From assembly GCF_016903815.1 (NCBI RefSeq), contig NZ_CP069973.1: a DNA stretch of 64,000 bases; one strand, written 5' to 3'. Shown here one piece after another: positions 1 through 9,531 of this stretch. Position 1 is the first letter of the stretch, and each line of letters begins with the position of its first letter. The position numbers and the translations under genes were made by a program. Source of the DNA: Escherichia coli (lineage in GTDB: Bacteria; Pseudomonadota; Gammaproteobacteria; Enterobacterales; Enterobacteriaceae). The notes beneath the pieces are model-generated. The model ran no database searches. It saw only the letters and a list, made by a program, of their open reading frames with translations, and had not been told where the DNA came from.

Positions 1-308
1 GTCTCATTATTTGTTGGAAAATCAGTAGCAACGCAATGGCCCAACAGAAAATAAAATCTGTGACAATAAAGGCATATAACCCGCGCAGAATAACGTATAG
101 CAAATTAAAAGTATAATTTTTATTTTGTATGTATTATCTTCAATACATTCACCAGACTTATTATCATTTCAGAAGAATTATTTGATTAAGGTTTTACTTA
201 AGGCGTAACAAATGATATTTATCGGCTAACTGAACTTCTCCTTTAGGATGCTTTCACTCCCCAAAATGGGGATGAAAAGGCAAATAAAATAACTAAAGGA
301 TTTATTCA

Positions 309-1442
309 ATGAAAAGCAAAGTACTGGCACTTTTAATTCCTGCCCTGCTCGCCGCAGGTGCTGCACATGCAGCCGAAGTTTATAATAAAGACGGCAACAA
401 ATTAGATCTGTATGGCAAAGTTGATGGCCTGCATTATTTTTCTGATAATTCAGCGAAAGATGGCGACCAGAGCTATGCGCGTCTGGGTTTTAAAGGCGAA
501 ACCCAAATTAACGATCAACTTACTGGCTACGGTCAATGGGAATACAATATTCAGGCAAACAACACTGAATCTTCAAAAAACCAGTCATGGACCCGTCTAG
601 CATTTGCCGGACTGAAATTTGCAGATTACGGTTCTTTCGATTACGGACGTAATTATGGCGTTATGTACGACATCGAAGGCTGGACCGATATGCTGCCTGA
701 ATTTGGCGGTGACTCTTATACCAATGCAGACAACTTTATGACTGGTCGAGCCAATGGCGTCGCGACTTATCGTAATACTGATTTCTTCGGTCTGGTAAAT
801 GGTCTGAACTTCGCGGTGCAGTATCAAGGTAACAACGAAGGTGCCAGTAATGGTCAGGAAGGCACCAACAACGGACGTGATGTTCGCCATGAAAACGGTG
901 ACGGCTGGGGTCTTTCCACAACATATGATTTAGGCATGGGCTTTAGCGCTGGTGCGGCATACACCTCTTCTGACCGCACCAATGACCAGGTTAACCATAC
1001 TGCGGCGGGTGGTGATAAAGCAGACGCGTGGACTGCTGGGCTAAAATACGATGCTAACAATATTTACCTGGCAACCATGTATTCAGAAACGCGTAATATG
1101 ACCCCGTTTGGCGACAGCGATTATGCTGTTGCAAACAAAACCCAGAACTTTGAAGTTACTGCACAGTACCAGTTTGATTTTGGTCTGCGTCCGGCAGTCT
1201 CTTTCCTGATGTCTAAAGGCCGTGACCTGCACGCTGCCGGTGGTGCAGACAACCCAGCAGGTGTTGATGATAAAGATCTGGTTAAATACGCCGATGTTGG
1301 CGCGACTTACTATTTCAACAAAAATATGTCCACCTACGTTGACTATAAAATCAACCTGTTGGATGAAGATGACAGCTTCTACGCTGCCAACGGCATCTCT
1401 ACCGATGATATTGTCGCTTTAGGTCTGGTTTATCAGTTCTAA
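309..1442 (+). CDS. ompN: Outer membrane porin OmpN (OmpC/OmpF family)
   Basis: 377-aa ORF with signal peptide [21 protein letters not shown], then [23 protein letters not shown] and C-terminal ...LVYQF typical of general porins; followed by a hairpin terminator. Confidence 0.85.
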   Translation: MKSKVLALLIPALLAAGAAHAAEVYNKDGNKLDLYGKVDGLHYFSDNSAKDGDQSYARLGFKGETQINDQLTGYGQWEYNIQANNTESSKNQSWTRLAFAGLKFADYGSFDYGRNYGVMYDIEGWTDMLPEFGGDSYTNADNFMTGRANGVATYRNTDFFGLVNGLNFAVQYQGNNEGASNGQEGTNNGRDVRHENGDGWGLSTTYDLGMGFSAGAAYTSSDRTNDQVNHTAAGGDKADAWTAGLKYDANNIYLATMYSETRNMTPFGDSDYAVANKTQNFEVTAQYQFDFGLRPAVSFLMSKGRDLHAAGGADNPAGVDDKDLVKYADVGATYYFNKNMSTYVDYKINLLDEDDSFYAANGISTDDIVALGLVYQF

Positions 1443-1450
1443 ATCCTCCT

Positions 1451-1475
1451 GCCCGCTGTTATGGCGGGCTTTTTC
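1451..1475 (+). terminator. Rho-independent terminator after ompN
   Basis: gcccgc-tgttat-ggcgggc stem followed by ttttt. Confidence 0.6.
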
Positions 1476-1501
1476 TGCTTATTCTTCCTCCTTTGATCTA
1501 A

Positions 1502-2017
<516 letters not shown>

Positions 2018-2024
2018 CACTAAC

Positions 2025-2049
2025 GCCCGCACATTGCTGCGGGCTTTTT
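2025..2049 (+). terminator. Rho-independent terminator after uspF
   Basis: gcccgcacattgctgcgggc stem-loop followed by ttttt. Confidence 0.6.
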
Positions 2050-2506
2050 GATTCATTTCGCAAATGTGCTGACATTTTCCCCTCTAATCCGTACCATACA
2101 CGCCACAGTTTTTATATCAGATTTCTTATGCTGGGCGTTCCGGCATGACGCATACTCTTCTGATGCCATATAACGAATTGAGTCGCTTTTAAATGTCGCA
2201 AAATCAAGAAATTAGTAAGAAAGAACAATACAACCTGAACAAGTAAGGGCAAAAATCACAACTCTCTGACTCATAAGTATTTTACTTATTTTTCAATGTG
2301 TTAAATATCATCAGCGACAACAATAAGCTACGATAACCCACTCTTTTTTTGCCCCTTTTTTGCCCCTTTTGCAGCGCTTTGCCCCATTTTTGCCATCAAC
2401 AATTTTCCTCATCAAGTCATTTCAAAGCCTAATAGGTGCCCTACTTTTTTCCTCAGTACCACGTCGCCAGCAGGAAACAACCTAATCCCGGTTCGGATCT
2501 AAAATT

Positions 2507-2525
2507 GCTAATGATAATCATTTTC
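2507..2525. promoter_or_regulatory. Fur-box-like site upstream of sitA
   Basis: gctaatgataatcattttc closely resembles the Fur consensus GATAATGATAATCATTATC. Confidence 0.5.
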
Positions 2526-2547
2526 ATTTTGTATTGCTTATGCTATA

Positions 2548-2569
2548 AAACATAGCCGTTGCTATGTTT
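2548..2569. promoter_or_regulatory. MntR-box-like palindrome upstream of sitA
   Basis: Perfect inverted repeat aaacatagc-cgtt-gctatgttt immediately upstream of the sit start; matches the Mn-responsive MntR operator pattern. Confidence 0.55.
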
Positions 2570-2601
2570 GTTCTAATTTTGCTCACTATAGGTACTAAAT
2601 T

Positions 2602-3516
2602 ATGTACTCAATAAAAAAAGTAACCATGCTCTTGGGGTGCCTCGCCCTCACCTGCTCGATCGCATTTCAGGCGAGTGCAACTGAAAAATTCAAGGTCATT
2701 ACAACATTTACCATCATCGCAGATATGGCCAAAAACGTGGCTGGAGATGCTGCAGAAGTCTCATCCATAACCAAGCCCGGTGCAGAAATTCATGAGTATC
2801 AGCCTACCCCTGGCGATATTAAACGTGCGCAGGAGGCACAACTGATTCTCGCCAATGGTATGAATCTGGAATTGTGGTTCCAACGCTTTTACCAGCATCT
2901 TAATGGGGTTCCAGAAGTAATTGTCTCTTCGGGTGTGACGCCAGTAGGGATCACTGAAGGCCCCTATGAGGGCAAACCTAACCCCCATGCCTGGATGTCG
3001 CCAGATAATGCTCTGATTTACGTCGATAATATTCGTGATGCGTTGATAAAATACGATCCGGCAAATGCACAAACCTACCAACGTAATGCCGATACTTATA
3101 AAGCCAAGATTACCCAAACCCTTGCCCCCCTGCGTAAGCAGATTGCTGAACTCCCTGAGAATCAGCGATGGATGGTCACCAGTGAAGGGGCTTTTTCTTA
3201 TCTCGCACGCGATTTGGGGCTAAAAGAGCTTTATCTGTGGCCGATTAATGCCGATCAACAAGGCACGCCGCAGCAGGTACGTAAGGTTGTTGATATGGTG
3301 AAGAAAAATCATATCCCGGCAGTCTTTAGCGAGAGTACGATTTCCGATAAACCAGCGCGTCAGGTTGCGCGTGAAACCGGCGCGCACTACGGCGGTGTAC
3401 TCTATGTCGATTCCCTGAGCACAGAAAACGGCCCGGTACCTACGTATATCGACCTTCTGAAGGTTACTACCAGTACGCTGGTACAGGGAATTAAAGCCGG
3501 GAAAAGGGAGAAATAA
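2602..3516 (+). CDS. sitA: Mn/Fe ABC transporter periplasmic substrate-binding protein SitA
   Basis: 304-aa ORF with signal peptide and cluster A-1 metal-binding protein features; first gene of a 4-gene operon with overlapping stops and starts. Confidence 0.85.
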   Translation: MYSIKKVTMLLGCLALTCSIAFQASATEKFKVITTFTIIADMAKNVAGDAAEVSSITKPGAEIHEYQPTPGDIKRAQEAQLILANGMNLELWFQRFYQHLNGVPEVIVSSGVTPVGITEGPYEGKPNPHAWMSPDNALIYVDNIRDALIKYDPANAQTYQRNADTYKAKITQTLAPLRKQIAELPENQRWMVTSEGAFSYLARDLGLKELYLWPINADQQGTPQQVRKVVDMVKKNHIPAVFSESTISDKPARQVARETGAHYGGVLYVDSLSTENGPVPTYIDLLKVTTSTLVQGIKAGKREK

Positions 3517-4343
3517 TGATGCAATCTGCGGGCATTGTCGTTAATGATGTTACTGTCACCTGGCGTAACGGGCACACAGCACTGCGCGATGCATCCTTCA
3601 CAGTACCAAGTGGATCTATTGCCGCTCTGGTTGGGGTAAACGGTTCCGGAAAATCGACGTTGTTTAAAGCGATTATGGGATTTGTGCGTCTGACCAGCGG
3701 AAAGATATCTGTTCTGGGTATTCCCACGCGACAGGCGCTACAGAAAAACCTGGTTGCCTACGTCCCTCAGTCAGAAGAGGTTGACTGGTCATTTCCTGTA
3801 CTAGTGGAAGATGTGGTGATGATGGGCCGCTATGGGCACATGGGTATGTTGCGTATAACCAAAAAGAGGGATCGTCAGATTGTCACCGATGCGCTGGAAC
3901 GTGTCGATATGGTGGATTTTCGCCATCGACAAATCGGCGAGCTTTCCGGTGGACAAAAGAAACGCGTCTTTCTGGCGAGAGCGATTGCACAGCAGGGTGA
4001 TGTGATCCTGCTGGATGAACCTTTTACCGGCGTTGATGTGAAAACCGAAGCGAAAATCATCAGCCTGTTGAGGGAGTTACGCGCGGAAGGCAAGACGATG
4101 CTTGTCTCAACGCACAATCTCGGCTCAGTCACGACATTTTGCGATTATACGGTCATGGTCAAAGGCACCGTCCTGGCAAGCGGGCCGACAGACACCACTT
4201 TTACAGCCGAGAACCTGGAGCTGGCTTTTAGCGGCGTACTGCGCCATGTCACACTTAACGCCTCGGAAGAAAGCATTATTACTGACGATGAACACCCTTT
4301 TGTGGCACATCGACCGTCAGCGGTGCAGAGGGAAGCAAGATGA
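3516..4343 (+). CDS. sitB: Mn/Fe ABC transporter ATP-binding protein SitB
   Basis: Walker [13 protein letters not shown] signature LSGGQKKR, Walker B ILLDEP. Confidence 0.85.
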   Translation: MMQSAGIVVNDVTVTWRNGHTALRDASFTVPSGSIAALVGVNGSGKSTLFKAIMGFVRLTSGKISVLGIPTRQALQKNLVAYVPQSEEVDWSFPVLVEDVVMMGRYGHMGMLRITKKRDRQIVTDALERVDMVDFRHRQIGELSGGQKKRVFLARAIAQQGDVILLDEPFTGVDVKTEAKIISLLRELRAEGKTMLVSTHNLGSVTTFCDYTVMVKGTVLASGPTDTTFTAENLELAFSGVLRHVTLNASEESIITDDEHPFVAHRPSAVQREAR

Positions 4344-5197
4344 ACGTGCTACTGGAACCCTTCAGCTATGAATATATGCTCAATGCGATGTGGGTCTCGG
4401 CGATGGTCGGCGGTCTCTGCGCTTTCCTGTCATGCTATCTGATGCTAAAAGGCTGGTCGCTGATTGGCGATGCGCTGTCGCACTCTATTGTCCCGGGTGT
4501 TGCGGGGGCATATATGCTGGGGCTTCCGTTTTCTCTGGGAGCCTTCTTTTCCGGCGGACTGGCAGCGGGCAGCATGCTGTTTCTTAACCAACGCACTCGC
4601 TTAAAAGAAGATGCCATCATCGGCCTGATCTTCTCCTCCTTTTTTGGCCTGGGGCTGTTTATGGTGTCATTGAACCCGACATCCGTGAACATTCAGACCA
4701 TCGTCCTAGGCAATATTCTGGCAATCGATCCGGCGGATATCCTGCAACTCACTATCATTGGCATTCTCTCGATCATCGTGCTTTTTTTCAAATGGAAAGA
4801 TCTTATGGTGACCTTTTTCGACGAGAATCACGCCCGTGCTATTGGATTGCATCCGGGCAGATTAAAAATCCTCTTCTTCACCCTGCTGTCGGTTTCGACC
4901 GTTGCGGCGCTGCAAACGGTTGGTGCCTTTCTGGTGATCTGTCTGGTGGTGACTCCCGGTGCAACAGCATGGTTGTTAACCGATCGTTTTCCCCGCCTGC
5001 TCATAATTGCTGTAACTATTGGCAGTGTAACCAGTTTCCTCGGCGCGTGGGTCAGTTACTTTCTGGACGGCGCGACAGGTGGAATCATCGTGGTGGCGCA
5101 GACACTGCTGTTTCTTTTAGCATTTGTATTTGCGCCCACCCATGGGCTTTTGGCAAATCGTCGGCGTGCGCATAAAGCGCTGGAGGATCGCTCATGA
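4340..5197 (+). CDS. sitC: Mn/Fe ABC transporter permease SitC
   Basis: 285-aa polytopic membrane protein, ABC-3 permease-like; 4-nt overlap with sitB. Confidence 0.85.
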   Translation: MNVLLEPFSYEYMLNAMWVSAMVGGLCAFLSCYLMLKGWSLIGDALSHSIVPGVAGAYMLGLPFSLGAFFSGGLAAGSMLFLNQRTRLKEDAIIGLIFSSFFGLGLFMVSLNPTSVNIQTIVLGNILAIDPADILQLTIIGILSIIVLFFKWKDLMVTFFDENHARAIGLHPGRLKILFFTLLSVSTVAALQTVGAFLVICLVVTPGATAWLLTDRFPRLLIIAVTIGSVTSFLGAWVSYFLDGATGGIIVVAQTLLFLLAFVFAPTHGLLANRRRAHKALEDRS

Positions 5198-6051
5198 TGG
5201 CATTATTACTGGAGCCACTGCAGTTCACCTTTATGAGTCACGCACTGCTGATTTCACTGGTAGTTTCCATACCCTGTGCGCTGCTGTCGGTCTTTCTGGT
5301 CCTGAAAGGTTGGGCACTGATGGGTGACGCGATGAGTCATGCGGTTTTTCCTGGCATCGTGCTTGCCTGGATTCTGGGGTTACCTCTGGCTACAGGGGCA
5401 TTTATCGCCGGAGTATTCTGCGCGGTGGCGACGGGATACCTGAAAGACAACAGCCGAATCAAGCAAGATACAGTGATGGGGATTGTTTTTTCTGGCATGT
5501 TTGCCGCAGGTCTGATCTTGTATATTGCAGTCAAACCAGACATACATCTTGACCATATTCTTTTCGGCGACATGCTCGGGGTAACCATCGGCGATATAAT
5601 CCAGACGATGATTATTGCCGGGCTGGTTACACTTGTTATTAGCGTAAAATGGCGGGATTTTTTGCTGTTCAGCTTTGATTATCAACAGGCGCAGGTAAGC
5701 GGTTTGCATACGCGATGGCTGCATTATGGGCTGCTGTGCATGGTTTCCCTGACCATTGTGGCGACGCTGAAAGCAGTAGGTATCATTCTCTCCATTTCTC
5801 TGCTCATTGCGCCTGGCGCCATTGCGGTACTCCTGACACAACGCTTTCATATTGCACTCCTACTGGCGACTGGCATATCGGTAATAGTCTCAATGACTGG
5901 TGTTTGGCTGTCCTTTTTTATCGACAGCGCACCAGCTCCGACGATTGTCGTCTTATTCGCGGTTGTGTTCATCATGACGTTTACCGTTATCAGTTTCAAC
6001 GCACGCACAAAGGGAAACGCTCATAGACAGGATCTGTTATCCCCCAATTAG
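5194..6051 (+). CDS. sitD: Mn/Fe ABC transporter permease SitD
   Basis: 285-aa membrane protein paralogous to SitC; 4-nt overlap with sitC. Confidence 0.85.
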   Translation: MMALLLEPLQFTFMSHALLISLVVSIPCALLSVFLVLKGWALMGDAMSHAVFPGIVLAWILGLPLATGAFIAGVFCAVATGYLKDNSRIKQDTVMGIVFSGMFAAGLILYIAVKPDIHLDHILFGDMLGVTIGDIIQTMIIAGLVTLVISVKWRDFLLFSFDYQQAQVSGLHTRWLHYGLLCMVSLTIVATLKAVGIILSISLLIAPGAIAVLLTQRFHIALLLATGISVIVSMTGVWLSFFIDSAPAPTIVVLFAVVFIMTFTVISFNARTKGNAHRQDLLSPN

Positions 6052-6523
6052 CACAACATCCGAGGGCAGCATTGTCCGCTAGTACACTGCAGTCCAGAAA
6101 GTCATGGGCGGACGTTGGGAGGAGGCGCTAATCCTTTCATACAAAAAATATGTAAAATCAATAACGGCTGTAAATCATTCAATACTCGCACTATCGGAAG
6201 TTCACCAGCCAGCCGCAGCACGTTCTTGCATACGACGTGTCTGCGGTTTCAACTTCACCAGTCCACCAATCACGATGGACAGTGCCAAGACAGCACTAGC
6301 AAAAACAGGAAATTAGCAGTCTCAGCAGAACACCGACCAGACGGTGAAGAAACAAAAAAGGATACGCAAAGGGGCCGCAGTTCCCGATTGATAAAAAAGC
6401 CAGCTTATGCGCTTTTTTTTCATGTATTATTAAGTATTGGTTAGCGTCTTTTTAATCAGAACTTTAAAGACAAGCCATTTGTAAGAAAACCGACAGATTC
6501 GGTTGACAAGCAGGAGTAATACT

Positions 6524-7318
6524 TTGGACATAAGAAAAGATTTGGAATCAGTAGCCCAATATATAAGTAGACTGTTATCGATAGGGTACGAATTTAGCCG
6601 TTTTGATAAAGACTGGGTCCATTTAAAAAATGAAGAGGATTTTCGTTTTATTTCAAGAATACCATTTGCAACACGGAATAAAGTGGAAGCAGTATATGCG
6701 GAAGGCAGAGATATGGCACTTTATATGTCTGATGAGTTACTATCCATTAATAGTGATTTCAGTAAATTTCCAACGTTGACAGCTATTATCGAAAGATTCA
6801 AGGACACTTGGGTTTATGGTAATTATGATTCGGAAGTGCCAAATATAGCTAAAAAAACATGCGAAGAAAATGCAGTTCAGCTTTGGTCTGTAGAACAGAT
6901 GTGTTCCTTATTCAAAAAGCAAGAACAACTATTAGCAGCAGTACGTATCACATTGCAGATGCTACAAGATAGTGACCTATACAAGATGGAGAATGGTTTA
7001 CCTCTTATGAAACAAGAAGCTAATATTCATGTCAGTGGAATTTCCGGTTCTAGTATCAATATACATTCTTCAGGTGCTACGGCAACTACTACGACAAATT
7101 ATAATGAGCCCACAATATTTAATGAAATGATTGAGGCAATAAAATCGAAAAACTTTGATGGCGCGACAGAATCACACCTTATAGATAATGTACAGGCACT
7201 GGCAGCCAGTCACCAAAGCGGCTGTTTTAAAGAAGCATATAAGGACTTTATTAATAATGTATCTGCACACATTACAGTATTTACTCCATTTCTTGCTGGC
7301 ATATCATCTTTACTATAA
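6524..7318 (+). CDS. Hypothetical protein (AT-rich cargo gene)
   Basis: ORF in clearly AT-rich DNA; probable TTG start at 6524 preceded by AGGAG, the track start at 6503 is also TTG; followed by hairpin gtgcccta-cca-tagggcac; no family recognised. Confidence 0.45.
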   Translation: MDIRKDLESVAQYISRLLSIGYEFSRFDKDWVHLKNEEDFRFISRIPFATRNKVEAVYAEGRDMALYMSDELLSINSDFSKFPTLTAIIERFKDTWVYGNYDSEVPNIAKKTCEENAVQLWSVEQMCSLFKKQEQLLAAVRITLQMLQDSDLYKMENGLPLMKQEANIHVSGISGSSINIHSSGATATTTTNYNEPTIFNEMIEAIKSKNFDGATESHLIDNVQALAASHQSGCFKEAYKDFINNVSAHITVFTPFLAGISSLL

Positions 7319-7863
7319 AATAAGTGACAGATACATTAATACATAACGAAAAATCTTTTTAGCTACTCATTCATATCAATAGTGCCCTACCATAGGGCAC
7401 ATTATTCGTGGAACTCGTTTATGACAAAAGAATTTTGATGGTCTGCCTGATGCAACAGATATAATTCTGGGAGTGTTGAGTAAGAGTATTCACCGGCGCT
7501 CAACACAAATGCCAGCAAGCACGAGAAAGAGCAGGTAAGCCTGAGTGTTCAGGAAATGTTTGAAAAGGCTAATATGTGGCTGGTTTCAGATTAAACGCCT
7601 TGAACCGTCATATTACTTAAGTACAATCCGCCTAGACTAGCAATCATTCAATAGTAGCACTATCGAGCGCTCGCCAGTCGAGCGCAATCATGCTCCTTGC
7701 ATACGGCGTGCAGCATATCACAAAACGATTACGCCATGACGGACTGCAGGCTACTCAATATCTGGCTCGATTAGCGTATTGGCATGATTTAACAGACCCC
7801 GGCGCTTATTCCCAGCAACCTGAAGCGGCACCTCTTCCTGTGTTGCGTTTACAACTCCCTTTT

Positions 7864-8172
7864 TCACCCACGATTAACCAACAGCCAGACCAGCAGACAA
7901 GCCACCACCGGCACAGAAAAATCCATCAGGCTTGCCACATCCCACACGCGCGGATCAAAACCACCCCACCACGGCATATTCATACGCTTGCCATGCCCGA
8001 ACATTTCAATCCAGCGATATTCTGCCTGGGTATGTTCACGAGCAATGAAGAACGTACAACCGGCTATCGCCCCGTAAGCCCAGTTTCCGGTAAAAAGACC
8101 AACCAGTACCTGCGCAGCCACAGCACAAAGTGCATGAAGGAAAGGTGTTATATCCATTTTCATCCTACCCAA
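7864..8172 (-). CDS. Small hydrophobic protein of unknown function
   Basis: 102-aa ORF with hydrophobic segments, on the same strand and directly downstream of the tail fiber genes; preferred over the overlapping plus-strand ORF 7690..8175. Confidence 0.4.
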   Translation of the reverse strand: MGRMKMDITPFLHALCAVAAQVLVGLFTGNWAYGAIAGCTFFIAREHTQAEYRWIEMFGHGKRMNMPWWGGFDPRVWDVASLMDFSVPVVACLLVWLLVNRG

Positions 8173-8199
8173 TAAAACGGGGCGCTCGGCCCCTTAATA

Positions 8200-9240
8200 T
8201 TATTTAGACGCAAGCGTCGCCTCAATTGCAGATAATCTTTGTTTTAATTCTGCATTTTCTTCTTCCAGTGCTGTTATTCTGTCGTCTGACTCTCTGGCTA
8301 CCTGAACAAGCAAGCCAGTAACACCAGAATAATCTACTGTGTAATAACGTTCACCTTCTTCACCTTCCGATCCGCTTGCACCGTCCTGATATTTCATTGC
8401 GGAACCTACAACTTCTGGGATTGCTTCCAGAGCTTCCTGTGCAATGACACCAGCATAGGGCATACCGTTTTCTTTAAGCGTGTATGTATAGCCGTTCATT
8501 TTACGGATGCGGTCGGTTGCATTATCGATCACCTGAATGTTGTCTTTCAGATCCCGGTCGGAATGCTGGTTAAATGCGGTGGCATGACATGCACCATTAA
8601 CGCTTAACATATAGGTGTTATCGGTATTTTTCTGCGCATAGAACATATAAGCGCCACCATCAACACCGACTTCATAAACAACAGGACGGCTGGAGTTGCC
8701 CCACAATTGAGCAGTAACACCAGCATAAGCGGTTCCCTGTGTGTTTAATGTCATGGTTGACCCATGATTGGCATATTTGATCTGTAATGTGTCGGTGTAA
8801 TCAAATTTAATAAGCGCGTTACTTCCACGCTTGCTGTATGACATAAGGCAGTTACCCATTTTGAGGTATCCGCTGTCACCGGGAAAAATCATCGTACCGC
8901 CATAAAGGTTGGTAAAGTCCCAGCAAATGTTTGTCCCGTTATCGTTCAGGTTAAGGCGCGCCATTGCGTTACCTGGACTGTCTATCCATTTTTTGAGGTA
9001 TAGTTCGCAATACGCATCCTCAACACCTGCCGTCCTGTGAGTTGAGCGGAGTTTTCTCCCAAATATAGCTCCGCTAGTTGGCAATACCTGCTGATACCAT
9101 GAAGCAGACCAGTCACCAACGATTTCATCTTTGCTGTCTACATATAATTTTGTTGCGTAGCTTCCTTGATCGTTTTTTAATTTGCTAACGTCGGATTTTA
9201 GCGTTTTGATGTCATCAGGAATTACTGTCGATGTAGCCAT
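8200..9240 (-). CDS. Tail fiber / receptor-binding protein with C-terminal intramolecular chaperone-like domain
   Basis: 346-aa ORF; C-terminus (NGYTYTLKENGMPYAGVIAQE...YYTVDYSGVTGLLVQ...ITALEEENAELKQRL) resembles the autoproteolytic chaperone domain of tail fibers and tailspikes. Confidence 0.55.
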   Translation of the reverse strand: MATSTVIPDDIKTLKSDVSKLKNDQGSYATKLYVDSKDEIVGDWSASWYQQVLPTSGAIFGRKLRSTHRTAGVEDAYCELYLKKWIDSPGNAMARLNLNDNGTNICWDFTNLYGGTMIFPGDSGYLKMGNCLMSYSKRGSNALIKFDYTDTLQIKYANHGSTMTLNTQGTAYAGVTAQLWGNSSRPVVYEVGVDGGAYMFYAQKNTDNTYMLSVNGACHATAFNQHSDRDLKDNIQVIDNATDRIRKMNGYTYTLKENGMPYAGVIAQEALEAIPEVVGSAMKYQDGASGSEGEEGERYYTVDYSGVTGLLVQVARESDDRITALEEENAELKQRLSAIEATLASK

Positions 9241-9249
9241 TTTTCTTCC

Positions 9250-9531
9250 TCACATCCAGCCACGAAGTTGATGCTCAACAGCAACCACGTATTCATCGAA
9301 TAATGACGATATTTGCGAATCATTAATGATGCGCACGTTTACAAAATATCCGTCTTCCTTAACACATACCGGTTCGCCATCTTCAGTCAGTTCTCCGGTT
9401 TCTTTGTACACGTTACCTATCACGTCAATAAGAATATCATCCTGCATCGACTCGTCATCATAATAGCCAATACTCTCCATAAAGGCCGAAAAGTCGGCCC
9501 TGTCGGCAAATTTGAGTGTTAAATCTTTCAT
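9250..9531 (-). CDS. Hypothetical acidic phage protein (possible tail fiber accessory)
   Basis: 93-aa acidic ORF between the two fiber genes; start overlaps the stop of the upstream stf-like gene. Confidence 0.4.
   Translation of the reverse strand: MKDLTLKFADRADFSAFMESIGYYDDESMQDDILIDVIGNVYKETGELTEDGEPVCVKEDGYFVNVRIINDSQISSLFDEYVVAVEHQLRGWM

Noticed and set aside
6104-6444. Two overlapping short plus-strand ORFs after sitD
   Set aside because: Mutually overlapping, no RBS, implausible composition; more likely the sit 3' untranslated and terminator region.
7690-8175. 161-aa plus-strand ORF
   Set aside because: Overlaps the minus-strand 102-aa hydrophobic ORF, which fits the local gene direction and looks more protein-like; His/Pro-rich shadow frame.
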